From NCBI GenBank assembly GCA_963704725.1, contig OY969934.1:1152001-1216000 (forward strand): a DNA stretch of 64,000 bases, read 5' to 3'. Shown one piece after another: positions 30,686 through 39,744 of this stretch; positions within the stretch are counted from its first letter, which is position 1, and each line of letters opens with the position of its first letter. The notes under the pieces were generated by a model. It searched no databases. It was not told where the DNA came from and was given only the letters and a program-made list of their open reading frames with translations. Position numbers and translations under genes: made by a program. This DNA is from an uncultured Actinomycetes bacterium (GTDB lineage: Bacteria; Actinomycetota; UBA4738; HRBIN12).

Positions 30686-31513
30686 GTGCCTTCCTCCCTG
30701 CGGGAACGGCTCGCCCGGCGCCTCGAGGAGATGCGGGACGGCGCGGGGTTCGGGCCCACGTCGGGCGCGCCGGCCGAACCGGAGCCGACGGCCCTCGGCG
30801 CGATCGCCCTCGACGACGACGACGCTCGCGGCTGGCTCCTCGCCCACCAGCGCGAGGACGGCGGCTTCGGGCTCGTCGCCGGCCCCGTCAATAGCGACGC
30901 GCCCACCTCGCTCGCCGCGCTGGCCCTTCCTCCGGGCGAGGCCAGGGAGCGGACCCTCGACTACCTGGTGGAGCATCGCGTCGACCGGTCGCCCTCCTAC
31001 GACGTCGCGCCCCACGATCCGAAGACGCGGGGGTGGGGATGGACACGGGGCACGTTCGGATGGATCGAGCCCACGGCCCGCGCCCTGCTCGCGCTCCGCC
31101 GGTACCGGCCGGAGGCCTCCGAGGAGATCGACGACGGGCTCGCCGTGATCGCCGACCGCGAGTGCCGCGGCGGGGGTTGGAACTTCGGGAACTCGATCGT
31201 CTACGACGTGCCGCTCCCTCCCTACGCGCAGACCACCGCCATGGCCCTGATCGGGATCCGGGGCGCGCTGGCGGATCAGGCCGCCCGCGGGCTCGAGGTC
31301 CTCCGCACGCTGTGGTCGCGGGAGCCCGGCGTCCTCGGCCTGGCCCTGTCGCTGGCGGCGTTCCGGCTCGCCGGCGACGCCGAGGCCGACGCGGTCGAGC
31401 GGACGTTGGAGCGCCGCCTCGACGAGGAGGTCCTCCACGACGACGTCGTGGCGGCGGCGTGGGCGGCGATCGCGACGGGCGACGGGCTCCACGCGCTCGA
31501 GGTGCCGCCGTGA
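30686..31513 (+). CDS. Prenyltransferase/squalene-oxidase repeat (alpha-barrel) protein
   Basis: WLLAHQREDGGFG, GWGW..GTFGWIEPTA, GGGWNFGN. Confidence 0.75.
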   Translation: MPSSLRERLARRLEEMRDGAGFGPTSGAPAEPEPTALGAIALDDDDARGWLLAHQREDGGFGLVAGPVNSDAPTSLAALALPPGEARERTLDYLVEHRVDRSPSYDVAPHDPKTRGWGWTRGTFGWIEPTARALLALRRYRPEASEEIDDGLAVIADRECRGGGWNFGNSIVYDVPLPPYAQTTAMALIGIRGALADQAARGLEVLRTLWSREPGVLGLALSLAAFRLAGDAEADAVERTLERRLDEEVLHDDVVAAAWAAIATGDGLHALEVPP

Positions 31514-32631
31514 CCGGCCATCGCCATCCGCCCGATCCTGTCGGGTCCGAGCCCCGGACGCTGGATCGGCGGACGTTCATCAAGCGAGCCGCCCAGGTCG
31601 CGGTGGGATCGGCCGCGCTCGGCACCGCGGGCGGCGTGCTGGTGCCGAGGCTCCTCGACCGGCTCCGTCGTCCGTGGGACGCAGGAGCCTTCCCGCCGCC
31701 GGGGACCCCGCCCGTCGCCGTGGTGCGGGCCGCCTCGTACGACGGCGACCTGGAGGCCCTCGTGCTCGACGGGCTGCGCGAGATCGGGGCCGACGTGGCC
31801 GGCCGGTCGGTGTTGCTGAAGCCGAACCTCGTCGAGTTCGATCCCGCCACGGTGATCAACACCGACCCCAGGCTGGTCGCGGCCACGGTGTCGGCGATGC
31901 GCCGCCTCGGAGCGGCCTCCGTCGTCGTCGGCGAGGGGCCGGGACACCGCCGGGACACGGGGTACGTGATCGGCGCGTCGGGGCTGCGAGACGCCCTCGC
32001 CTCCGTCGAGGCCCCGTTCGTCGACCTCAACACGGCGGCGCTGGTCCGCGTGCCGCTCGACACCTCCTTCACCTCCCTGGCCGAGCTCTGGCTCCCCGCT
32101 CCCGTGGTCGAGGCGGACGTGGTCGTCTCGATGCCCAAGCTCAAGACGCACCACTGGGCCGGGGCGACGCTTTCGTTGAAGAACTGCTTCGGGTGCGTCC
32201 CCGGTCGCGTCTACGGCTGGCCGAAGAACACCCTGCACTGGGCGGGGCTCACCGAGGCGATCGTCGACGTCGCGGCGGCCGTCCGCCCCCGGATCCAGAT
32301 CGTCGACGGCATCGTCGGCATGCAGGGCAACGGGCCGATCCAGGGCACGCCGATCTCCGCCGGGGTGCTGGTGTTCGGCCTCGACCCCGTGGCCACGGAC
32401 GCGACGGCGGCCAGGATCATGGGGTTCGACCCGTCGCGGATGGCCTACCTGCACGAGGCCGCCCGGTTCCTGGGGCAGGGCGATCTCGAGCGCATCCGGC
32501 AGGTGGGCGAGGACCCGGAGCGGTCGACGTCGGACTTCGAGGTCCTCCCGGCGTTCGAGGCCCTCAAGGTCGGATCGACGTCCGATCCCGGCGCCGAGGG
32601 CGGTGCGAACCCCGCCGCCGGACCCGTCTGA
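31510..32631 (+). CDS. DUF362-domain protein with Tat-like leader
   Basis: DRRTFIK; VLLKPNLVE, NTDP, GEGPG, PKLKTHHW.GATLSLKN.FG, VDG..GM.GNGP; GTGA coupling. Confidence 0.85.
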   Translation: MTGHRHPPDPVGSEPRTLDRRTFIKRAAQVAVGSAALGTAGGVLVPRLLDRLRRPWDAGAFPPPGTPPVAVVRAASYDGDLEALVLDGLREIGADVAGRSVLLKPNLVEFDPATVINTDPRLVAATVSAMRRLGAASVVVGEGPGHRRDTGYVIGASGLRDALASVEAPFVDLNTAALVRVPLDTSFTSLAELWLPAPVVEADVVVSMPKLKTHHWAGATLSLKNCFGCVPGRVYGWPKNTLHWAGLTEAIVDVAAAVRPRIQIVDGIVGMQGNGPIQGTPISAGVLVFGLDPVATDATAARIMGFDPSRMAYLHEAARFLGQGDLERIRQVGEDPERSTSDFEVLPAFEALKVGSTSDPGAEGGANPAAGPV

Positions 32632-32673
32632 CGCCGGTCCCGCGGGTCGTCGGGTTCGGCCGCGGCGCGTGGG

Positions 32674-34260
32674 ATGATGCGCCCGATGCCAACGCGCCGC
32701 CGGGCGCGCCACGCCGCCCGATCCCGGTTCCCGTTCGCGGCGCTCGCCACCGTCCTCGTCCTCGCGGTCGCGGCGATCGTGGCGGTGCAGCTCGGCGCGT
32801 TCGAGGGTGACGATGGCGGAGAGGCCGCGGCGACGTCGTCGCCCTCGCCCTCGGTCGAGCCCTCGACCGGCACGCCGACGCCCACGCTCTCGCCGAGCCC
32901 GACCCCCACCCCCACGCCGACGCCCGGGCCCATCAACGCCACGTTCACGGGCATGACGACGTTCCGCGGCAACGCCACGCGGAGCTGGTACGGCGAGGGT
33001 CCCGTGCCGCGCGACCCGAGGATCCTGTGGCGCTACCCGGCCACCGGGGCGATGTGCTCGATCTCGTCGGACCAGCACGGGCCTCGGCAATGGTGCGGCA
33101 CCGGGTGGACCGGCCAGCCGAACGTGATCGTCGGCGACGACGGATCGATCGAGGTCCGGATCAACGCGTACGACGGCGCCTACCACTTCATCGACGGACG
33201 CACGGGCGAGCAGATCCGCCCCAACCTGCAAACGGGTGACCTGGCCAAGGGCTCCGCCTCGAGCGACCCGGATGGGTATCCGCTGTACTACGCGGGCTCG
33301 CGCGACAACTTCCTGCGGGTGATCGCGCTCGACCGCGAGGAGCCGACCGTCCTGTGGCAGCTCAACGCCGAGACGAGCGTCCCCAACCCCGTCTGGAACA
33401 ACGACTGGGACGGCGCTCCGTTGATCATCGGCGACTACATGCTCGAGGGCGGCGAGAACTCCTGGTTCTACGTGATCCGGCTCAACCGCGGCTACGAGCC
33501 GAACGGGCTCGTGACGGTGGATCCGGAGGTGGTGACGGCCGTGCCGGGCTTCGACGACGAGCTCATGGCCGCCCTGCCCGACACGGACGTCTCGATCGAG
33601 AACTCCGTGGCCTTCTTCGACGGCGTGGCGTACTTCGCGAACTCCGGCGGGCTGGTCCAGGGGTGGGACGTGTCGAGGGCGCTCGCCGGCGGGCGGTCGA
33701 TCCACCGGGTGTTCCGGTTCTGGACCGGCGACGACACCGACGCCAGCGTCGCGATCGACGAGGAGGGCTTCCTCTACGTCGGCAGCGAGCTCGAGCGCTA
33801 CGACGCCCGGTCGGCCGAGATCGGCCAGGTCATGAAGCTCGACCCCTCCAAGCCGAAGGATCCGCTCGTGTGGTCGTTCCCCGTGACCGAGCGCGGTGCT
33901 GAGGGCGCCGGAGGGGTCTGGGCCACGCCGGCCATCTCCGGGGACATGGTGTACGTCGCGACGAACTACGGCGACCTCATCGGGGTCGAGCGCGACACGG
34001 GCCGGGAGCGGTGGCGGATCCACCTGGCCGGGCCCACGTGGTCCTCGCCGGTCCCCGTCGACGACGTCCTGCTCGAGGGCGACTGCGGAGGGACGCTCCA
34101 CGCGTTCGACATCTCCAAGCCGTTCCGAGATCCCCCGGAGCTGTGGTCGCTCTCCCTCGGCAGCTGCATCGAGTCCACGCCGACGGTGCTCGACGGGATG
34201 ATCTGGGTGGGAACGCGCGGCGGCGGGGTCTATGGGATCGGAGACCGTCCTCGCGGGTGA
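32674..34260 (+). CDS. Membrane-anchored PQQ-like beta-propeller protein with PT linker
   Basis: TM, (PT)n linker, TFRGN..R, WTGQP, repeated ESS/WATP/ESTP blades. Confidence 0.75.
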   Translation: MMRPMPTRRRARHAARSRFPFAALATVLVLAVAAIVAVQLGAFEGDDGGEAAATSSPSPSVEPSTGTPTPTLSPSPTPTPTPTPGPINATFTGMTTFRGNATRSWYGEGPVPRDPRILWRYPATGAMCSISSDQHGPRQWCGTGWTGQPNVIVGDDGSIEVRINAYDGAYHFIDGRTGEQIRPNLQTGDLAKGSASSDPDGYPLYYAGSRDNFLRVIALDREEPTVLWQLNAETSVPNPVWNNDWDGAPLIIGDYMLEGGENSWFYVIRLNRGYEPNGLVTVDPEVVTAVPGFDDELMAALPDTDVSIENSVAFFDGVAYFANSGGLVQGWDVSRALAGGRSIHRVFRFWTGDDTDASVAIDEEGFLYVGSELERYDARSAEIGQVMKLDPSKPKDPLVWSFPVTERGAEGAGGVWATPAISGDMVYVATNYGDLIGVERDTGRERWRIHLAGPTWSSPVPVDDVLLEGDCGGTLHAFDISKPFRDPPELWSLSLGSCIESTPTVLDGMIWVGTRGGGVYGIGDRPRG

Positions 34261-34270
34261 GGTGGCGGGC

Positions 34271-35215
34271 TTACCGCAGGCCGAGGCAGGCCCGAGCGGC
34301 GTTCACGCACTGGTCGAACCCGGGGATCTGCTGGATGTCGTTCGTCCGCCAGATCACCAGGCCGATCCCCACGGCCACCAGGGCCGCGAACCCCGCGATC
34401 TGGATCATCCGGCGCTGGCTGCGCGGGCCCCAGCCCTCGGCGATGGCGCCGGCGGCCACCCCCGACACGAGGCCGCCCAGGTGGGCGCGCCAGTCGATCG
34501 TGCCGAAGCCGAAGGTGAGGAGCGCGTTCAGGACGAGCATCGTGGCCGCCCACCGCAGGTTGGCCGACGACATCGCCAGATGCCGGCGACGGTAGTTGTA
34601 GGCGATGAACGCGCCGAAGATGCCGAAGATGGCTCCCGAGGCGCCCACACCCACGACCCCCACCGAACCGAACGCGTAGGACGCGGCGCTCGCGACGAAG
34701 CCCGTCACGAAGTAGATCAGCGCCATCCGCGTCCTGCCCAGGTTGGATTCGATGAACGTCCCGAACAGGTAGAGCGCATAGCCGTTGAACGCGATGTGCA
34801 GGAGGTTCGCGTGCAGGAACATCGCCGTGAACAGCCGCCAGTACTCGCCGGTGGCGATGAGGAGCGGCTGCATCGCGCCGAGGTCGATGAGGCGCCGGTT
34901 GCTCGGCTCGTTGAGCAGCGAGCCGACCCCCCCGACGGCGAGCTCGAGGACGAAGACCGCGATGATGGTCGCCAGCAAGGCGCGGGTGACGCTGACGCCC
35001 CCGCGGAACGGCCGGCCGGGCCCCCGCCGGAACTCGCGGCGGGCCTGGTCGACGCACTCGGGGCACTGGTAGCCCACCGGCGCGGGGATCATGCACTGCG
35101 GGCAGATGGGGCGGCCGCACCGGGTGCAGTGCACCCGCGTCTCCTCGCGGGGGTGCCGGTAGCAGACCTCGACGGTCGGCGCCGGCGGCGGCGAGGGGAG
35201 CTGGTCGTCGGGCAT
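34271..35215 (-). CDS. Rhomboid intramembrane protease with N-terminal Zn finger
   Basis: CYRHP....CTRC..PIC..C...CPEC; WRLFT..FLH..HI.FN; GASG; AHLGG. Confidence 0.93.
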   Translation of the reverse strand: MPDDQLPSPPPAPTVEVCYRHPREETRVHCTRCGRPICPQCMIPAPVGYQCPECVDQARREFRRGPGRPFRGGVSVTRALLATIIAVFVLELAVGGVGSLLNEPSNRRLIDLGAMQPLLIATGEYWRLFTAMFLHANLLHIAFNGYALYLFGTFIESNLGRTRMALIYFVTGFVASAASYAFGSVGVVGVGASGAIFGIFGAFIAYNYRRRHLAMSSANLRWAATMLVLNALLTFGFGTIDWRAHLGGLVSGVAAGAIAEGWGPRSQRRMIQIAGFAALVAVGIGLVIWRTNDIQQIPGFDQCVNAARACLGLR

Positions 35216-35239
35216 GCCGCTCATCCTACGGGTGGGTCC

Positions 35240-36202
35240 CTACTTCATCTTCGGCAGGGACCGCAGCTCGGCCGCCACCTCGTCCTGCCGGAACAGGGTG
35301 GCCCACCGGTCCAGGATGGTGCCGTCCGGGCCGATCAGGTAGACCCACGGTTCGGTGAGATTGTTGCCGCGGAGCAACCAGTCGGCGGCCGCCTGGTTGA
35401 TGACCTGGTTCTGGTAGTCGCGCCAGATCTCCACGTGGATGAACACCGCGCGGTCGTCGTAGCGCGAGGCCAGATCCTCGACCAGGTCGGTGACCGGGCC
35501 GCAGAACTGGCTCACGCAGTACACGGGCGTCGAGAACACCACGAGCGCGGGTCGTCCCTGTGCGATCGCGTCGGCGATCGTCCACCGATGGAGGTCGAGG
35601 TCGGGGATCCGCCCCCCGTTCGCGGCGCGCGAGTCGATCGCTTCCGGCGGCGCGTCCGGCGAGTCCACGGTGAGGTTCTCGGTGTGTGGCGCCGGGTCTC
35701 CCGGCGCGGGGTAGGCGGCGTGGTCGAGCACGGTGACGGTCGTCTTCGAGCGCCGGACGCCGAGACCCTGGACGTCGGCCGTCACGTCGAGCTGCCAGAA
35801 GCCGGCTCGGTCGAACGTCACGTCCTCGGCCTGGTAGACGCCTCGGGCCTCCGAGGGAAGCGTCACCACCGGCCCGCTGGCCTCGTCCGGCGTCCCCGGC
35901 GTGGGGACGTACACCGCGGTGGCCGAGGGGCCGGGCTCCGCCGCGACCGGCGCGTCGGCCGTGCCCCGGTAGGAGAAGGCGAAGTCGACCGAGCCGAAGC
36001 TGACGAGCCGGTTGTCGGGCAGGACCAGCCCGGCCGAGATCCGCTGAGGCGCGCCGGCGTAGTGGTCGGAGGTGGCCAGGGCCACCGACACCTGCGTGCC
36101 CTGCGCGGCCGAGGGATCGGGTGCGGGCTCGCCGTCCGAGGTGCACGACGCGGCCAGCGTGCCGAGGGCGAGCGCGAGGGGAACGAGGAGCGGGCGTCGC
36201 AT
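35240..36202 (-). CDS. Lipoprotein with C-terminal thioredoxin-like fold (CxxxxC)
   Basis: LAASC lipobox; LVVFSTPVYCVSQFCGP; FIHVEI; EPWVYLI..DG. Confidence 0.75.
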   Translation of the reverse strand: MRRPLLVPLALALGTLAASCTSDGEPAPDPSAAQGTQVSVALATSDHYAGAPQRISAGLVLPDNRLVSFGSVDFAFSYRGTADAPVAAEPGPSATAVYVPTPGTPDEASGPVVTLPSEARGVYQAEDVTFDRAGFWQLDVTADVQGLGVRRSKTTVTVLDHAAYPAPGDPAPHTENLTVDSPDAPPEAIDSRAANGGRIPDLDLHRWTIADAIAQGRPALVVFSTPVYCVSQFCGPVTDLVEDLASRYDDRAVFIHVEIWRDYQNQVINQAAADWLLRGNNLTEPWVYLIGPDGTILDRWATLFRQDEVAAELRSLPKMK

Positions 36203-36234
36203 GGGCCCATCTTCCCGCGCCGGTCCGGGTTTCG

Positions 36235-36660
36235 TCAGGCCGGGCACGGCGGGGCGTCGAGGCCGAGCACGCCCAGCGCGCCGCGCGTGGCGTCCAGCAG
36301 CGTGCCGATGTCGTCGCCGAACCCGTCCGGTAGGACGGGCTCGGTCAGGTCCGCCTCGATCACCTGCTTCGCCTCGAGGAGCCGCGCCGTCGCCGCCCGG
36401 TCCACGGCGTCGGTCGCGGCGGCGATCACGTGGAGGGTCTGGTGGGAGCGGTCGAAGAACACCATCGCCGCGGCGTCTCGGTCCGTCTCGGTCACCATCT
36501 GGCACAGCCCGCGTACCGCCGCGCCGGCCGCGGCGGGCGTGACCACTCCGAGTGACCCGGAGGGCAGTGGGGAACGCTCGGCGCCCTCGCCCGGGTCTCC
36601 GCACGACCCGGCCGCGAACGTGACTGCCGCGAGGAGCAGGGCGATCGCGCGGCGGCTCAC
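36235..36660 (-). CDS. Hypothetical lipoprotein
   Basis: VSRRAIALLL...AGSC; FFDRSH..LH.IAA; LLEAKQ..E; two Cys. Confidence 0.65.
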   Translation of the reverse strand: MSRRAIALLLAAVTFAAGSCGDPGEGAERSPLPSGSLGVVTPAAAGAAVRGLCQMVTETDRDAAAMVFFDRSHQTLHVIAAATDAVDRAATARLLEAKQVIEADLTEPVLPDGFGDDIGTLLDATRGALGVLGLDAPPCPA

Positions 36661-36698
36661 CCGGCCATCTTCCCATCGGGGCCCGCGCACGCCGGCGC

Positions 36699-37304
36699 TC
36701 AGCCCCCGGTCGCGCCCTCCAGGTCGAGGAGGAAGCGCTTGCGCCACTCCTGGCCCCCGTACTTGCCGATCCCGCCGCTCGAGGGCACCACCCGGTGGCA
36801 CGGGACGACGATCGGCACGGGGTTGTCGTGCAGGGCGTTCCCGGCGGCGCGGGCGGCGCGGGGGCTGCCCGCCACCTTGGCCACCGTGCCGTAGGTGGAC
36901 ACGGCCCCGAACGGGATCCGCGCCGTGGCCTCGAGCACTCGGCGGAAGAACCCCGGCGACGTGAGCGCCCAGTCCACCTTGGTCCGGAACCCGCGCAAGC
37001 GTCCCTCGAAGTACGCGTCGAGCTGGCGCCGGACCGCGTCGGTCATGGCGGCCGACTCGAGCACGCGGGGCGAGAGCGTCGCCGCCAGCTCCTCGAGCAC
37101 GTGGTCCTCGCTCTCCTCGGGGAACGCGATCCGCACGAGGCCCTCCCTGGTGGAGGCGACGAGCAGCCGTCCGACCGGCGAGTCCACGCCCGCGTAGCCC
37201 ACGTCGACGAGCCCGGAGCGCCGGGCCCGGGCGGCGACCGAGGAGGCCGCGCGCCGCGAGGCCGCCTCGAGCTCGCCGGTCCACCGGATCGTCAGGTCCT
37301 TCAT
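36699..37304 (-). CDS. ogt: Methylated-DNA-protein-cysteine S-methyltransferase
   Basis: IPFG..STYG..A, AARAAG.A, NPVPIVVPCHRV. Confidence 0.93.
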   Translation of the reverse strand: MKDLTIRWTGELEAASRRAASSVAARARRSGLVDVGYAGVDSPVGRLLVASTREGLVRIAFPEESEDHVLEELAATLSPRVLESAAMTDAVRRQLDAYFEGRLRGFRTKVDWALTSPGFFRRVLEATARIPFGAVSTYGTVAKVAGSPRAARAAGNALHDNPVPIVVPCHRVVPSSGGIGKYGGQEWRKRFLLDLEGATGG

Positions 37305-37771
37305 GCGTTCGCTCCCTGCATCTCGCGGAGCTTCCTCCGCCCTTCGTACGCGTTCGCCCGCGCCGCCTCCTCCGTGCATCCCAGGGCCGCCGCGACGTCG
37401 GCGTACGTCAGATCGAGCACGTAGCGGTGGATCACCGCCGCGCGCTGCATCGGCGGCAGCTCGCCGACGGCGTGCCACAGCTCGGGCTCGCCGTCCGCGC
37501 GTTCGGGCGCGGGGCGCTCGGGCAGCGACTCGACGGGGATCGGCCGGCGCTTGGACGACCGCCAGTGGTCCATCGCCTTGTTGGTGGCGATCGTGAACAG
37601 CCAACCGCGCAGGTTCTCGTCGTCCTGCAGCGTGGCGTAGGCGCGCAGCGCCGCGAGGAACGTCTCCTGGAAGCAGTCCTCGGCCTCCTGCGGTCCGACG
37701 GCGGCGACCAGGAACCGGTACACGGCCACGCGATGCTCCTCGAGCAGTCGTTGGAAGGGCGGCAGCTCCAT
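37301..37771 (-). CDS. ECF sigma factor
   Basis: AEDCFQETFL, GWLFTIATNKAMD, LPPMQR, YADVA; ATGA overlap with ogt. Confidence 0.9.
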   Translation of the reverse strand: MELPPFQRLLEEHRVAVYRFLVAAVGPQEAEDCFQETFLAALRAYATLQDDENLRGWLFTIATNKAMDHWRSSKRRPIPVESLPERPAPERADGEPELWHAVGELPPMQRAAVIHRYVLDLTYADVAAALGCTEEAARANAYEGRRKLREMQGANA

Positions 37772-37809
37772 CTGCCGTTCCGAACGCCGGGGGGCCCGGG
37801 GACGTGAGA

Positions 37810-38529
37810 TCACACCACCGGCCACGGGTAGGGCCGGCCGGGGCCCGGCTCGGGGAACCGGCCGTCGGCGATCAGGCCGGCCAGCCGGCGGCCGATGTCG
37901 TCGACCTCGGCGAGCGACAGGAGGGAGCACAGCCGCTCGCGCGTCGGGCCGTGGTCGAGCTCGTCCTGCAGGGCCCGGAGGTCCGCGAGCATCGGCGGGG
38001 GGATCGGCTCCGACGCGAAGTCCCAGATCACGGTCCGCAGCTTCGGCTCCTCGGAGAAGCACACGCCGTGGTCGACGACGAAGATCTCCCCGTCCTCGGC
38101 AAGGAGGCAGTGGCCGGCCTTGCGGTCGGCGTTGTTGGCCACGACGTCGAACAGCGCGACCCGCCGGAAGTCGTCCGGGCGGTCCTCGAGCATCGTGAAG
38201 TAGTGGTGCTGGGGGTCGAACCGCAGGAACCGCTGGACCGACCCGATCCCCTGCGGCCCGTCCCGCAGGATCGTGGGCGGCACGCGGGGCCACCCCAGCG
38301 CGTCGGCCAGCACGTACGCGGCGACCTCGCGGCGGCACAGCGTCCCCTCGGGGAAGTCCCACAGCGGCGCCTCGCCCGAGCGCGGCTTGTACACCGCGAG
38401 CAGCTCGTCGCCGTCCTCGTCGCGGACGCGGCACAGGAACGTGTAGTTCGAGGACCGGGGGAGCAGGCCGAGGGGTTCGAGCGCCCCGCGCTCGAGGCGG
38501 CGCAGGAGCTCGGCGTCCGCGCCCCTCAC
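37810..38529 (-). CDS. SCO1664 family (PI3/4-kinase-like) protein
   Basis: SSNYTF, VYKP..GEAPLWDFP.GTL..REVAAY, NNADRK.GH, DHG, YPWP. Confidence 0.9.
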   Translation of the reverse strand: MRGADAELLRRLERGALEPLGLLPRSSNYTFLCRVRDEDGDELLAVYKPRSGEAPLWDFPEGTLCRREVAAYVLADALGWPRVPPTILRDGPQGIGSVQRFLRFDPQHHYFTMLEDRPDDFRRVALFDVVANNADRKAGHCLLAEDGEIFVVDHGVCFSEEPKLRTVIWDFASEPIPPPMLADLRALQDELDHGPTRERLCSLLSLAEVDDIGRRLAGLIADGRFPEPGPGRPYPWPVV

Positions 38530-39071
38530 CCTCGCGTCGGCGACCGGTGCCCGTTCATCGCCGGGCACGTGTGTCCCTCCGGGTCCATCGGGTTGCCGCA
38601 GAACTGGCACCTGGGTCGGCCCTTCGCGGCGACCTCGGAGCCGTGCCGCGAGAGCGCCAGCATCTGCTCCCGCGTCGCCCACACCCGGAGGCGGTCCGGG
38701 TCGGGGAGCTCGGGGGGCTCGATCTCGGTCTCCTCGTCGTCCTCGTCCACTTCCGGCTCGGGCACCATCTCCTCCAGCTCGAGGAGCATGAGGTCGCGCT
38801 CCTCGCTGTAGCCGATGGACAGCCTCCCGGCGCGCCACAGCGGTTCGAGCGGCGCCTCCAGCTCGAGCTGCTGGTCCGGTGGGCCCTCGCCGGTCTCCTT
38901 GTCGACCGTGGCCAGGATCTCCAGGATCGAGGACGAGAGGAGCTCCACCTGCTCCTTCTCCACCGTGATCGTGACGAGGCGCTCGCCGGCCCGGGCCTGG
39001 ACGAAGAAGACGCGCTCCCCGGGCTCGCCGACCGCCCCCGCGGTGACCTTGTCCGCCGGGTCGAGATCCAT
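38526..39071 (-). CDS. DUF3090 family protein
   Basis: GAVGEPGERVFFVQA, EKEQV, GRPRCQFCG.P.DPEGH.CP..NGH. Confidence 0.9.
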   Translation of the reverse strand: MDLDPADKVTAGAVGEPGERVFFVQARAGERLVTITVEKEQVELLSSSILEILATVDKETGEGPPDQQLELEAPLEPLWRAGRLSIGYSEERDLMLLELEEMVPEPEVDEDDEETEIEPPELPDPDRLRVWATREQMLALSRHGSEVAAKGRPRCQFCGNPMDPEGHTCPAMNGHRSPTRG

Positions 39072-39075
39072 CTCC

Positions 39076-39714
39076 CTATCCTGCCACCTTCCGTCGCGCC
39101 CCCCGGGCGCGCAGCGACTCGAGGCCCCCGGTGTCGTTCACTTTCATCACGCGAACCGCACCGTCGGACATGGCGAGGACGCTCACGGACGCGGGCTCGA
39201 CCGCGAGCCGCTGGAGCTCGTCGAGGTGCATCCCGGCGAAGTGCATGAGGACCAGCCGGACGACGTCGGCATGGGTGACGACGGCCACGACGTCCTTCGG
39301 GTGTGCGAGCGCGATCCGCTCGACCTCGGCCACGGCGCGCGCCTGCACCTCGAGCAGGCTCTCGCCGCCGGGGAAGCGGATGCGGGAGGGGGCCTGCTGG
39401 ACGACGCGCCACAGCTTCGTCCGCCGGAGGCCGGCGATCGTCCGCCCCGTCCACTCCCCGTAGTCGACCTCCAGGAGCCCTCGGCGCACCGAGGTGCCCA
39501 GCCCACGGGCCCGGGCCAGCGGCGCCGCGGTCTCGCGGCACCGCTCGAGCGGGCTGCAGTAGATGGCGCGGACCGGCACGCCCTCGAGCCGCTCGGCCAG
39601 GGCCGTCGCCTCTGCTCGCCCCCGGTCGTTCAGGCGGACGCCGCGAGCCCATCCCGTCAGCCGTTTGCCCGCGGTGTCGGTGTGCGCGTGCCGGATGAGG
39701 AGCAGGACGGTCAT
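39076..39714 (-). CDS. Histidine phosphatase (MSMEG_4193-like phosphomutase)
   Basis: LIRHA, SPLERC.ETA, EVDYGEW.G, FPGGES, THADV. Confidence 0.88.
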   Translation of the reverse strand: MTVLLLIRHAHTDTAGKRLTGWARGVRLNDRGRAEATALAERLEGVPVRAIYCSPLERCRETAAPLARARGLGTSVRRGLLEVDYGEWTGRTIAGLRRTKLWRVVQQAPSRIRFPGGESLLEVQARAVAEVERIALAHPKDVVAVVTHADVVRLVLMHFAGMHLDELQRLAVEPASVSVLAMSDGAVRVMKVNDTGGLESLRARGARRKVAG

Positions 39715-39744
39715 CGGCGCAAGCCTAGCCGCGCTGCGGGTCCC

